A DNA stretch of 46,201 bases from Actinomycetota bacterium (GCA_035637835.1 DASPWN010000292.1:1-46201); one strand, 5' to 3'; shown: positions 27,621 to 36,209, counted from the stretch's first letter. Notes: generated from the sequence alone by a model not told the origin. Numbers and translations are program-made.

Positions 27621-29219
27621 ATGAGCCTGCTGGAAGCCGCCGCCCTGGCCGTCGAAGCCGGGGGCACGACGATCCTCGAGGACCTGTCATTCTCCCTTCG
27701 GGCGGGGGACAAGGTCGGCGTAGTCGGCAGGAATGGAGCCGGGAAGACCAGCCTGCTCCGGGTCCTGGCCGGGGAGGCCCCAGCCGTCCGTGGGACCGTG
27801 ACCCGGCGAGGGGCCCTGGGCTACCTGCGCCAGGACCCGCGCCAGCATCGTGCGGACCAGGACCACTCGGCACTCGTGCACGTGCTGGAGGCGCGAAGTC
27901 TCCAGGCGATGGCCGAGCGCCTGGAGAAGCTCCGCCTGACCATGGAGGGCCGGCCCACCGAGAACGCCGTGGCCAGGTTCGCTCGGTTGGAGGAGCGGTA
28001 CCGCGCGGCCGGCGGCTATTCGGGCGAGGCCGAGGCTCGCAGGATCGCGGTGGGGCTCGGGCTGTCCCAGGACCGCCTGGGACTCCCGGTCCGGGCCCTG
28101 TCCGGGGGCGAGCGGCGGCGCCTAGAGCTCGCGCGGATCCTGTTTGGCGGCTCGGACGTCCTGCTCCTCGACGAGCCCACCAACCACCTCGACAGCGACG
28201 CGAAGGTCTGGCTGATGAGCTTCCTGGCCGGCTACCGCGGCGCCGTGATGGTGGTGAGCCACGACATCAAGCTGCTCGACGCCGCCATCAGCCGCGTCCT
28301 ACACCTGGACCGCGACGGCGTCGTGGTCTATCGAGGGACCTACTCCGAATATCGCGAGGCAAGGCGGTTGGACGAGCTCCGTCTCACGGCCCTTGCTGCG
28401 CGGCAGCAGACCGAGATCAAGCGTCTGAAGTCGTTGGCCGACTCGATGCGGGGCCAGACCGAGAAGCGGGCCCGGAAGGCCAAGACCCTCGACACCAGGG
28501 TGCATCACCTGGCGGCCAGGGCCGTGGCCGCCCCGGCGAAGGAGCGGCGCGTCCGCTACCGGTTCCCCGAGCCGCCCCATTCTGGCCGGCTGGTCATCGA
28601 GGCCTCGGGCGTGACCAAGGGTTACGGCGGCCCCCCGGTGTTCGAGGACGCGACCTTCGACCTGTCCCGGGAGGAGCGGCTGCTTGTCATGGGCCTGAAC
28701 GGCGCGGGCAAGACCTCGCTCCTTCGGATCGTGGCTGGGGTGTCGGAGCCCGATGCCGGGAGCGTGCGGCTGGGGACCGGGGTCTCGCTCGGCTACTACG
28801 CCCAGGAGCACGAGGGCATCCGTGACGGCGTGGACGTCCTCGCGCACGTCCGATCCGAATCCAGGGATGCCTCCGACCAGGACCTCCGGGGACTGCTCGG
28901 CATGTTCGGGCTGACCGGCGAGATCGCGTTCCGCGACGCCGGTACGCTGTCGGGTGGCGAGAAGACCAAGCTCGCGCTGGCGCAGCTGGTCGCGGGACGC
29001 CGCAACCTGATCCTGCTCGACGAGCCGACCAACAACCTCGATCCTCCCTCACGGGCGGCGATCGGGGGAGCGCTCGCAGCGTGGCGCGGCGCGATGGTGT
29101 TGGTCAGCCACGACGTCGAATTCGTTGAGACCCTTGCACCCCAACGTGTGCTGATGATGCCCGAGGGAACACTCGACTACTGGAGCGACGACCTGCTCGA
29201 GCTCGTGGCGCTGGCCTGA
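27621..29219 (+). CDS. ABC-F family ATPase (two NBDs, no TM domain)
   Basis: ORF 26745..29219 trimmed to ATG 27621 (MSLLEAAALAVE...). Two Walker A motifs (GRNGAGKT, GLNGAGKT), two signatures (LSGGERRR, LSGGEKTK), and a charged inter-domain linker. Confidence 0.85.
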   Translation: MSLLEAAALAVEAGGTTILEDLSFSLRAGDKVGVVGRNGAGKTSLLRVLAGEAPAVRGTVTRRGALGYLRQDPRQHRADQDHSALVHVLEARSLQAMAERLEKLRLTMEGRPTENAVARFARLEERYRAAGGYSGEAEARRIAVGLGLSQDRLGLPVRALSGGERRRLELARILFGGSDVLLLDEPTNHLDSDAKVWLMSFLAGYRGAVMVVSHDIKLLDAAISRVLHLDRDGVVVYRGTYSEYREARRLDELRLTALAARQQTEIKRLKSLADSMRGQTEKRARKAKTLDTRVHHLAARAVAAPAKERRVRYRFPEPPHSGRLVIEASGVTKGYGGPPVFEDATFDLSREERLLVMGLNGAGKTSLLRIVAGVSEPDAGSVRLGTGVSLGYYAQEHEGIRDGVDVLAHVRSESRDASDQDLRGLLGMFGLTGEIAFRDAGTLSGGEKTKLALAQLVAGRRNLILLDEPTNNLDPPSRAAIGGALAAWRGAMVLVSHDVEFVETLAPQRVLMMPEGTLDYWSDDLLELVALA

Positions 29220-29262
29220 CTGACGCCGGTATGCTCGGCACCCCTCGAGGCGCGATGGAGCG

Positions 29263-30954
29263 ATGCACGTGAGCGACACGATCTGGGACGGCCCGGCCGA
29301 CGTGGTCTTCACCGGCGGCGCCGTCTACACGGTCGATCCCGCACGCACCTGGGCCCAGGCTGTCGCCGTGAAGGACGGACGCATCGTCACGGTGGGAACC
29401 GACGGATCGGTCGCCGACCTCATCGGGCCGAAGACTCAGGTCCACGATCTGGGCGACAGGATGCTCCTTCCGGGGTTCCAGGACGCCCACGTCCATCCGC
29501 CCTCCGGCGGCCTGGAGATGCTTCAGTGCAACCTGAACGTGGCGTACACCCGCGAAGGCTACGAGCGCATCGTGGCCGACTACGCGAGCGAGCATTCCGA
29601 CGTCGAGTGGATCCGGGGCGGAGGGTGGTCGATGGACTCGTTCCCCGGCGGGACCCCGACCAAGGACATCCTGGACCATATCGTCCCCGACCGGCCGGTG
29701 TACCTGCCGAACCGTGACGGCCACGGGGCCTGGGTGAACACACGAGCCCTGGAGCTGGCCGGCATCACCCGGGAGACCCCCGATCCTCCCGACGGGCGGA
29801 TCGAACGGGACGGCGCGGGCGAGCCCTCGGGCACCCTCCACGAGGGGGCCATGGACCTGGTCGAAAACGTCACGCCCCCGGTCACCGAGGCGGAATGGGA
29901 GGAGGGCCTCCGGGTGGCCCAGCAGTACCTGCACTCGCTCGGCATCACCGCGTGGCAGGACGCGATCGTCGGTGGCCCGTACGAGACGCTCGGCGCCTAC
30001 ACCGCGACGGCAGGCAGGGACGAGCTTACGGCCCGGGTCGTCGGGTCCCTGTGGTGGGACCGGCACCGTGGCGAGGAGCAGATCGACGAGCTGGTCGCGA
30101 AACGAGATCGGAGCTCGGTAGGGCGGTTCCGGGCCACCACGGTGAAGATCATGCAGGACGGCGTGATCGAGGATTTCACGGCCGGGGTCCTGGATCCATA
30201 TCTCGACCGCGACGGTATGCCGACCTCGAATCGGGGTATGTCGTTCGTCGACCCGGAGCCGCTGAAGGCCTCCGTGACTCTTCTGGACGCCGAGGGGTTT
30301 CAGGTCCACATCCATGCGATCGGGGAGCGGGCCGTCCGTGAGGCATTGGACGCCCTGGAGGCGGCGCGGGGAGCGAACGGGGCGAACGACCATCGCCACC
30401 ACATCGCCCACATCCAGGTGGTCCATCCCGACGACATCCCGCGGTTCCACGAGCTCGGGGTGGTGGCGAACGCCCAGCCCCTGTGGGCCACGCTCGAGGG
30501 CCAGATGGTGAACCTCACGATCCCCTTCCTCGGCCCGGAGCGGAGCGGGTGGCAGTACCCCTTCGCCAGTTTGGTCCGGTCGGGGGCAAGGCTCGCCTTC
30601 GGGAGTGACTGGTCCGTGTCGAGCCCCAACCCGATGTGGGAGATGGCCATCGCCGTCCACCGCAAGGAGCCGCGTCGCTACGCGGACATGGTGGGCGAAC
30701 GAGCGACGAAGGAAACATTCCTGCCGGACGAGCGCATCGACCTTGCGACGGCCATTCACGCCTTCACCATGGGCTCGGCCTACGTGAACCACCTGGACCA
30801 GGCGACGGGCTCTATCGAGGTGGGCAAGGAGGCGGACGTGGTGGTGGTCGATCGGAACCTGTTCGACCTGTCGCTCGACGAGCTGGCCGATGCGAAAGTG
30901 CAGCTGACCATGGTCGCGGGGGCGCCCGTGTTCGTCGATCCGTCGTTCGCGTGA
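29263..30954 (+). CDS. metal-dependent amidohydrolase (Amidohydro_3 / YtcJ-like)
   Basis: 563 aa. N-terminal pattern VFTGGAVYTVDP...AVAVKDGRIVTVG...LLPGFQDAHVHP and C-terminal GSDWSV plus SIEVGKEADVVVVD, typical of this family. Confidence 0.75.
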   Translation: MHVSDTIWDGPADVVFTGGAVYTVDPARTWAQAVAVKDGRIVTVGTDGSVADLIGPKTQVHDLGDRMLLPGFQDAHVHPPSGGLEMLQCNLNVAYTREGYERIVADYASEHSDVEWIRGGGWSMDSFPGGTPTKDILDHIVPDRPVYLPNRDGHGAWVNTRALELAGITRETPDPPDGRIERDGAGEPSGTLHEGAMDLVENVTPPVTEAEWEEGLRVAQQYLHSLGITAWQDAIVGGPYETLGAYTATAGRDELTARVVGSLWWDRHRGEEQIDELVAKRDRSSVGRFRATTVKIMQDGVIEDFTAGVLDPYLDRDGMPTSNRGMSFVDPEPLKASVTLLDAEGFQVHIHAIGERAVREALDALEAARGANGANDHRHHIAHIQVVHPDDIPRFHELGVVANAQPLWATLEGQMVNLTIPFLGPERSGWQYPFASLVRSGARLAFGSDWSVSSPNPMWEMAIAVHRKEPRRYADMVGERATKETFLPDERIDLATAIHAFTMGSAYVNHLDQATGSIEVGKEADVVVVDRNLFDLSLDELADAKVQLTMVAGAPVFVDPSFA

Positions 30955-31018
30955 GGAGCCTCCTCAACCGCTGGTCACCGAACGTTATTGCTGGCCCCCG
31001 AGGGCCCACGATACGATG

Positions 31019-31034
31019 TTGAACGGCTGTTCAA
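31019..31034. promoter_or_regulatory. palindrome TTGAAC-GGCT-GTTCAA upstream of the Rieske oxygenase gene
   Basis: Perfect 6-bp arms with a 4-nt spacer. It starts 1 nt after the TANNNT hexamer TACGAT (31012-31017) and ends 19 nt upstream of GTG 31054. A second copy lies at 33467. Confidence 0.5.
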
Positions 31035-31053
31035 TCCTGGTGGGAAGGATCCC

Positions 31054-32247
31054 GTGTCGCACGTAGCCGTGCCGATCGAACCTTCGAAGCTCCTGCCGGT
31101 GCTGGCGCGCGCGCCGGAAGCGAGGCGCACGCTCCCCGCGGAGGTCTACCTGTCGGCCGAGGTGTTCGCCTGGGAACAGGAGAGGTTCTTCGAGGGATCC
31201 TGGACCTGCGTTGGCCGGGCCGACGACCTCGATGCGCCGGGTGACCAGAAGGCGGTGCGCATCGGTGAGGAGGGGATCCTCCTCGTCCGAGATCGGGGCG
31301 GCGACCTCCGAGGGTTCTACAACGTCTGCCGCCACCGCGGCCACGAGCTCGTCGAGCCGGGCACGTCCCGCAACCTCCGTGCCATCAAGTGTCCGTACCA
31401 CGCGTGGGTGTACTCGCTGGAGGGTGAGCTGGCCGGGGCCCCCCGGTTCGGCGACGGCCCCGGGTTCGACAAGGCCGACTACCCGCTCGTCCAGGTCCGG
31501 GTGGCCGAGTGGCACGGATGGATCTTCGTCGATGCCTCGGGCGACGCTTCGGACTTCACCGACCACGTCGGCAACCTCGATGGGCTTGTGGCGGCCTGGG
31601 AACCCGAGCGCCTATTCACGGCGGAACGACACGAGTACGTGGTTCGGGCCAATTGGAAGGGCATCACCGAGAACTACCACGAGTGCTACCACTGCCCGAG
31701 CATCCATCCCGCGCTCTGCAAGGTGACCCCCACCGACAGCGGCGAGACCTTCGCGCCCACCGGATGTTGGGTGGGGGGCTCGATGGAGCTCGAGGACCAC
31801 GCGGAGACCATGTCGCTCTCCGGTGCGAGCGGCGGTGTTCCCATCCGCGGACTCGACGCGACGCAGCGACGGGAGGTCTATTACTTCGGCCTGTTCCCGA
31901 ACCTGCTGATCAGCCTGCACCCCGACTACGTGATGGCGCACCGGCTCGAGCCGCTGGGCCCGGGAGAGACCTTCGTGGAGTGCACGTGGCTGTTCCCTCC
32001 GGAAGCCAGGGAGCGCGAGGAGTTCGATCCGGCGTATGCCGCAGAGTTCTGGGACATCACCAATCGCGAGGACTGGTCGGCATGCGAATCGGTGCAGCGT
32101 GGGTTGGCCTCCCGGGGCCAGCGGCAGGGCCCGTTCGCCGCGAGTGAGGACGAGGTCCACGCGTTCATGGCCATGGTGGCCCGGGGCTACCTGGAGGGCC
32201 GGATCGCCGCGCCGGCGAGCGCGTCGACCTCGGCCGCCGTTTCCTGA
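31054..32247 (+). CDS. Rieske [2Fe-2S] non-haem-iron oxygenase, alpha-subunit-only type
   Basis: ORF 30988..32247. Likely start is GTG 31054 after GGGAAGGA. Rieske motif CRHRGHEL...CPYHAW and mononuclear-iron region NYHECYHCPSIHP. Confidence 0.8.
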   Translation: MSHVAVPIEPSKLLPVLARAPEARRTLPAEVYLSAEVFAWEQERFFEGSWTCVGRADDLDAPGDQKAVRIGEEGILLVRDRGGDLRGFYNVCRHRGHELVEPGTSRNLRAIKCPYHAWVYSLEGELAGAPRFGDGPGFDKADYPLVQVRVAEWHGWIFVDASGDASDFTDHVGNLDGLVAAWEPERLFTAERHEYVVRANWKGITENYHECYHCPSIHPALCKVTPTDSGETFAPTGCWVGGSMELEDHAETMSLSGASGGVPIRGLDATQRREVYYFGLFPNLLISLHPDYVMAHRLEPLGPGETFVECTWLFPPEAREREEFDPAYAAEFWDITNREDWSACESVQRGLASRGQRQGPFAASEDEVHAFMAMVARGYLEGRIAAPASASTSAAVS

Positions 32248-32276
32248 CCGCATCACCGGCGAAGGAGGATCGTTCG

Positions 32277-33428
32277 ATGGCGTTCGACATGGCCCAGGTC
32301 CAGCGCGGGGCGCGTAACCGCCGGACCCCGTACTTCGACGCGACGCAGAAATACGACCCGAAGGGGTTCACCGTCTACAACCACATGTACTTCCCCATTC
32401 GCTTCGACACCTTCCAAGCCGAGTTCGATGCGCTGTTGAACGACGTCACGCTGTGGGACGTCTCGGTCGAGCGCTGTTTGGAGATCGGTGGCCCCGACGG
32501 TCCGACGTTCGCCCAGCTGCTCACGCCGCGGGACCTGTCGACGTGCGCAGTGGGCCAGGCGAAGTACGTGCTGATCTGCGATCGGGACGGCGGGATCGTG
32601 AACGACCCCGTCCTCACCCGGATGGACCAGACCACGTTCTGGTTCGCGCTCGCCTCCTCCGACGCCCTGCTGTTCGCTCGGGGCCTGCGGAACGCCTATC
32701 CGGACCTCGACGTGACCATCCGCGAGGCGGACGTGGCGCCCCTGCAGATCCAGGGACCGAAGTCGAAGGACCTCATGCGAGACCTCGTGGGCGAGGACAT
32801 CGTGGACCTCAAGTACTACTGGTGGCGCAACGCCGAGATCGGAGGCATCCCGGTCATCGTGACCCGAACGGGGTGGACGTCGGAGGTCGGCTACGAGGTC
32901 TACCTCACCGATTCCTCTCGCGGGTTCGACTTGTGGGAGCACATCATGAAGGCGGGGGGGGCGTACGGGATCAAGCCCACCGGGCCCTCCGACATCCGGC
33001 GCATCGAGGGGGGCATCTTCAACTGGGGCGCCGACATGACCTACGAGAACAACCCGCTCGAGCTGGGGCTGGAGCGGCTGGTGGATTGGGACCTTCCTGA
33101 CGAGGCCGCAATCTCGCTCGGTGCGCTCCGGCGGATCAGGGAGGCGGGCGTGAGCCGCCGGATCAACGGCGTCGAACTCGACGGCGAGCCGTTCCCCGCC
33201 CTGAACTCGGTGAAGTGGCCGATCCGCCAGGCGGGCCGGCAGATCGGAAAGGTCACCTCGGCCATCTACTCTCCGCGTCTTCTGAAGAACCTCGGGTACG
33301 CGTGGCTCCCGGCAGAGCGGTCCGCGGATGGGACCACCGTCACCGTGGAGACCGAGTGGGGAGAACGCGAGGCCACGGTCGTGCCGATGCCGTTCGTCGA
33401 CCCGGAGAAGCGCATCCCGGTCTCGTAG
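32277..33428 (+). CDS. aminomethyltransferase (GcvT)-fold protein, stand-alone, DmdA/LigM-style demethylase candidate
   Basis: 383 aa, AAGGAGG RBS. Blocks RRTPYFD, VYNHMYFP, LLNDVTLWDVSVER, GGIVNDPVL, KYYWW, GIPVIVTRTGWTSEVGYE, NNPLELGLERLV, SPRL. Confidence 0.7.
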   Translation: MAFDMAQVQRGARNRRTPYFDATQKYDPKGFTVYNHMYFPIRFDTFQAEFDALLNDVTLWDVSVERCLEIGGPDGPTFAQLLTPRDLSTCAVGQAKYVLICDRDGGIVNDPVLTRMDQTTFWFALASSDALLFARGLRNAYPDLDVTIREADVAPLQIQGPKSKDLMRDLVGEDIVDLKYYWWRNAEIGGIPVIVTRTGWTSEVGYEVYLTDSSRGFDLWEHIMKAGGAYGIKPTGPSDIRRIEGGIFNWGADMTYENNPLELGLERLVDWDLPDEAAISLGALRRIREAGVSRRINGVELDGEPFPALNSVKWPIRQAGRQIGKVTSAIYSPRLLKNLGYAWLPAERSADGTTVTVETEWGEREATVVPMPFVDPEKRIPVS

Positions 33429-33430
33429 TT

Positions 33431-33447
33431 CGAGCCAGACCGGCTCG
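33431..33447 (+). terminator. short stem-loop CGAGCC-AGACC-GGCTCG after the first GcvT-fold gene
   Basis: 6-bp stem 3 nt after stop 33428. Weak, with no T tract. Confidence 0.25.
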
Positions 33448-33466
33448 GTTGCGACCCTGCACGAGT

Positions 33467-33482
33467 TTGAACGATGATTCAA
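33467..33482. promoter_or_regulatory. second copy of the palindrome: TTGAAC-GATG-ATTCAA
   Basis: Same left half-site and spacing as 31019..31034, with one mismatch in the right arm. It lies 52 nt upstream of ATG 33535. Confidence 0.45.
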
Positions 33483-33534
33483 CCAATGGGGAGGGCCGGC
33501 GGCGCCCGCCCGCCGGAGAGGGAGAGACGGCCAC

Positions 33535-34713
33535 ATGACGAACGAACGCCAGGAGATGTTGGACCAGAGCGCGACGATCTACTTCGGCCCCTGGTACCGG
33601 CGTTCCCCCTTCTTCGACGCGACCAGACGAGCCGGATGCACCGCGTACGACGTCTACAACCACATGCTCCTCCCGGCGTACTTCGACGATCCGGATCTCG
33701 AGTACTGGGCACTCCTGAATGACGTGGTCGTGTGGGACGTGGCCGTGGAACGCACCGTGGAGATCTCCGGGCCCGATGCCGACCGGCTGGTGAACATGCT
33801 GACCTGCCGGGACCTGACGAAGTGCGCGGTGAAGCAAGGGAAGTACATGATCGTCACCGCGCCCGACGGCGGCATCCTGAACGACCCCGTCCTCCTGCAT
33901 GTTGGCCAGAACCGGTGGTGGATGCAGCTGGCAGATTCCGACGCGGGCCTGTACGCGCTGGGGGTGGCCTCGCAGGCCGGCATGGACGTTCAGGTCACCT
34001 ACCCGGAGGCCTACCCCATGCAGGTGCAGGGAGCGAAGGCGGGGAAGACCGTGGAGAAGCTGGTCGGCCCGGCGCTCTACGAACTGAAGTACTACTGGTG
34101 CGACTGGTTCGACATCGAGGGCATCCCGGTCCTGATCAGCCGGACGGGATGGACCGCGGTGCAGGGGTTCGAGATCAACCTCCTCGACCCCTCCCGGGGC
34201 GATGACCTGTGGGACCTGGTCATGGCGGCGGGGGAGGAGTTCGGCATCCGGCCCACGGCCCCCGTGGAGGCCCGCCGTATCGAGGCCGGGATCATGAACT
34301 ACAACTCGGACATGACACACGAGAACAACCCGTTCGAGATCATGGGTCTCGAGCACCTGGTCGAGGAGCAACAGCATGATTACATCGGCAAGGACACGCT
34401 GGAGCGGGTCCGCCGCGAAGGCGTGCAGCGCAAGCTGGTCGGGATCGAGTTCGCGGGGGACGCCTTCCGCGCCGAGCTGTCGTGGTTCTGGCCGGTGGCG
34501 GTGGACGGGGAGGTGGTCGGGAAGGTGACGGACGCCATCTGGTCCCCTCGGCTGGAGAGGAACATCGGCTACGTGTGGGTACCCGCCGAGCTCTCGCGGC
34601 CGGGGACCGTCCTGGAGGTCCGGTCGGAGCGCGGGCCATTGACCGGCCAGACGGCAGCCATCCCGTTCATCGACCCCAAGAAGGAGGTCCCGGCCGCACC
34701 CCTCGAGAAGTAG
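33535..34713 (+). CDS. aminomethyltransferase (GcvT)-fold protein, paralog of 32277..33428
   Basis: 392 aa with the same block pattern (RRSPFFD, VYNHMLLP, LLNDVVVWDVAVER, GGILNDPVL, KYYWC, GIPVLISRTGWT, NNPFEIMGLEHLV, SPRL). Confidence 0.7.
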   Translation: MTNERQEMLDQSATIYFGPWYRRSPFFDATRRAGCTAYDVYNHMLLPAYFDDPDLEYWALLNDVVVWDVAVERTVEISGPDADRLVNMLTCRDLTKCAVKQGKYMIVTAPDGGILNDPVLLHVGQNRWWMQLADSDAGLYALGVASQAGMDVQVTYPEAYPMQVQGAKAGKTVEKLVGPALYELKYYWCDWFDIEGIPVLISRTGWTAVQGFEINLLDPSRGDDLWDLVMAAGEEFGIRPTAPVEARRIEAGIMNYNSDMTHENNPFEIMGLEHLVEEQQHDYIGKDTLERVRREGVQRKLVGIEFAGDAFRAELSWFWPVAVDGEVVGKVTDAIWSPRLERNIGYVWVPAELSRPGTVLEVRSERGPLTGQTAAIPFIDPKKEVPAAPLEK

Positions 34714-34741
34714 CGGCCATGAGTAGCCTCGGAGGCCCGAG

Positions 34742-35170
34742 ATGACGACGAAGCTCGACCGCAGGCCTCCCACGTCGGCGCCCGAGGCGCGTGGGTTCCG
34801 CAAGGCCATCCTCCTGGTGGAGCGGGGCACGAAGGAGGCCATCTGGGACTGCCGGATGTGCGGGCAATGCATCCTTCACTCCACCGGCCTGTCGTGTCCG
34901 ATGCGCTGTCCCAAGTCGTTGCGCAACGGCCCGTGCGGCGGCGTCCTGCAGAACGGCAACTGCGAGGTGCTGCCGGACCAGCCATGCGTCTGGGTCCAGG
35001 CCTGGGAGGGCTCTCGGCGCCTTCCACTCTGGCGTGACCACATGGAGCACGTCCAGAAGCCCGTGGACTGGCGGCTCCAGGAGACCTCCTCGTGGGAGAA
35101 CTTGCTCACCGGCCGGGACCGCCATGCTCCCGCCGGCTGGCTCGCCGCGGGCGAGGGTCGCGAGCGGTGA
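34742..35170 (+). CDS. Cys-rich MTHFR C-terminal-domain protein (MetV-like small subunit)
   Basis: 142 aa. Motif WDCRMCGQCILHSTGLSCPMRCPKSLRNGPCGGVLQNGNCEV...PCVW matches the pattern I know for the MTHFR_C domain. Confidence 0.65.
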   Translation: MTTKLDRRPPTSAPEARGFRKAILLVERGTKEAIWDCRMCGQCILHSTGLSCPMRCPKSLRNGPCGGVLQNGNCEVLPDQPCVWVQAWEGSRRLPLWRDHMEHVQKPVDWRLQETSSWENLLTGRDRHAPAGWLAAGEGRER

Positions 35171-36120
35171 GTGGGCACCCGGCCCGCAGTCACCTCCATC
35201 GGTTGCTCGCATCGGGACAGTTCGTGGTGACGGCGGAGCTCCAGGCCACCGACAGCCCGGACCCAGAGTCCGTGTACCGGCTGGCGGACCTCCTCCGAGG
35301 CTCCGTGGACGCAGTGAACTGCACGGACAACAGCGCGGCCCATCCCCACATCTCACCCCTTGCCGCGGCGCACCTCTTGCTCGACCGGGGCGTGGAACCC
35401 ATCGTCCAGCTGGCGTGCCGCGACCGGAATCGCCTGGCCCTGCAGGCCGACCTGGTGGGCTCGGTGGCGCTCGGGGCCCGGAACGTCTGTCTCATGACCG
35501 GCGACGACGTCACCGCCGGCGACCACCCGGAGGCCAAGCCCATCTACGACATTGACGCCGTCCACGCCATCCAGATCGCACGGATCATGCGCGATCAGGG
35601 GATGTATGTGAGCGGCCGGCACCTCGACGAGACGCTCCCCCTGTTCATCGGCGCGGTGGAGAATCCGTTCTCACCTCCTCACGAATTCCGGCCCATGCGC
35701 CTGGGGAAGAAGATCGAGGCCGGCGCGGAGTTCGTCCAAACCCAGATCGTGTTCAACCTGCCAACGATGCGCGTGTTCATGGCCAGATGCGAGGAGCTCG
35801 GGCTCCTGGATCGGGTGTTCATCCTGCCATCGGTGTACGTGTGCCGTTCGGCCCGCAGTGCCCGGTACCTACGGGACATGGTCCCCGGCATCGACGTGCC
35901 GGAACCGATCATCGACCGGATGGAGGGCGTCCCCTCCGATCGCCAGGCGGACGAGGGCATCCGCATCGGGCTCGAGATCGTGGAGGAGCTCCGGGAGATG
36001 CGGGGCGTGGCCGGTGTCCACCTCATCTCGATCAGAGGGGATGAATCGATCGTCCGCCTGGTGGAGGAGGCCGGACTGTTGCCCCGTCCGGCGGCGGTCG
36101 AAGCCGCCCCTGCGGGCTAG
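35167..36120 (+). CDS. metF: methylenetetrahydrofolate reductase family protein (MetF-like)
   Basis: ORF 35092..36120 trimmed to GTG 35167, which overlaps the upstream stop (GTGA). MetF-like blocks VNCTDNSAAHPHISPLAAA, IVQLACRDRNRLALQADL, NVCLMTGDD and FVQTQIVF. Confidence 0.7.
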   Translation: MSGHPARSHLHRLLASGQFVVTAELQATDSPDPESVYRLADLLRGSVDAVNCTDNSAAHPHISPLAAAHLLLDRGVEPIVQLACRDRNRLALQADLVGSVALGARNVCLMTGDDVTAGDHPEAKPIYDIDAVHAIQIARIMRDQGMYVSGRHLDETLPLFIGAVENPFSPPHEFRPMRLGKKIEAGAEFVQTQIVFNLPTMRVFMARCEELGLLDRVFILPSVYVCRSARSARYLRDMVPGIDVPEPIIDRMEGVPSDRQADEGIRIGLEIVEELREMRGVAGVHLISIRGDESIVRLVEEAGLLPRPAAVEAAPAG

Positions 36121-36209
36121 GCTCGGGAGACCGGGGCATTCGATGAACGCCGGCCCGAACGGCGCCGAATAGCTTCCAGCTCATCCCAGAGACGAAAGCC
36201 GAGGCCGTA

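Noticed and set aside
26098-30792. Minus-strand ORFs 26098..27873 and 29104..30792, and the 5' extension 26745..27620 of the ABC-F ORF
   Set aside because: These are antisense or out-of-context extensions with low-complexity translations. The ABC-F N-terminus is defined by the conserved MSLL...GRNGAGKT region starting at 27621, and the upstream extension overlaps the glycosylase gene.
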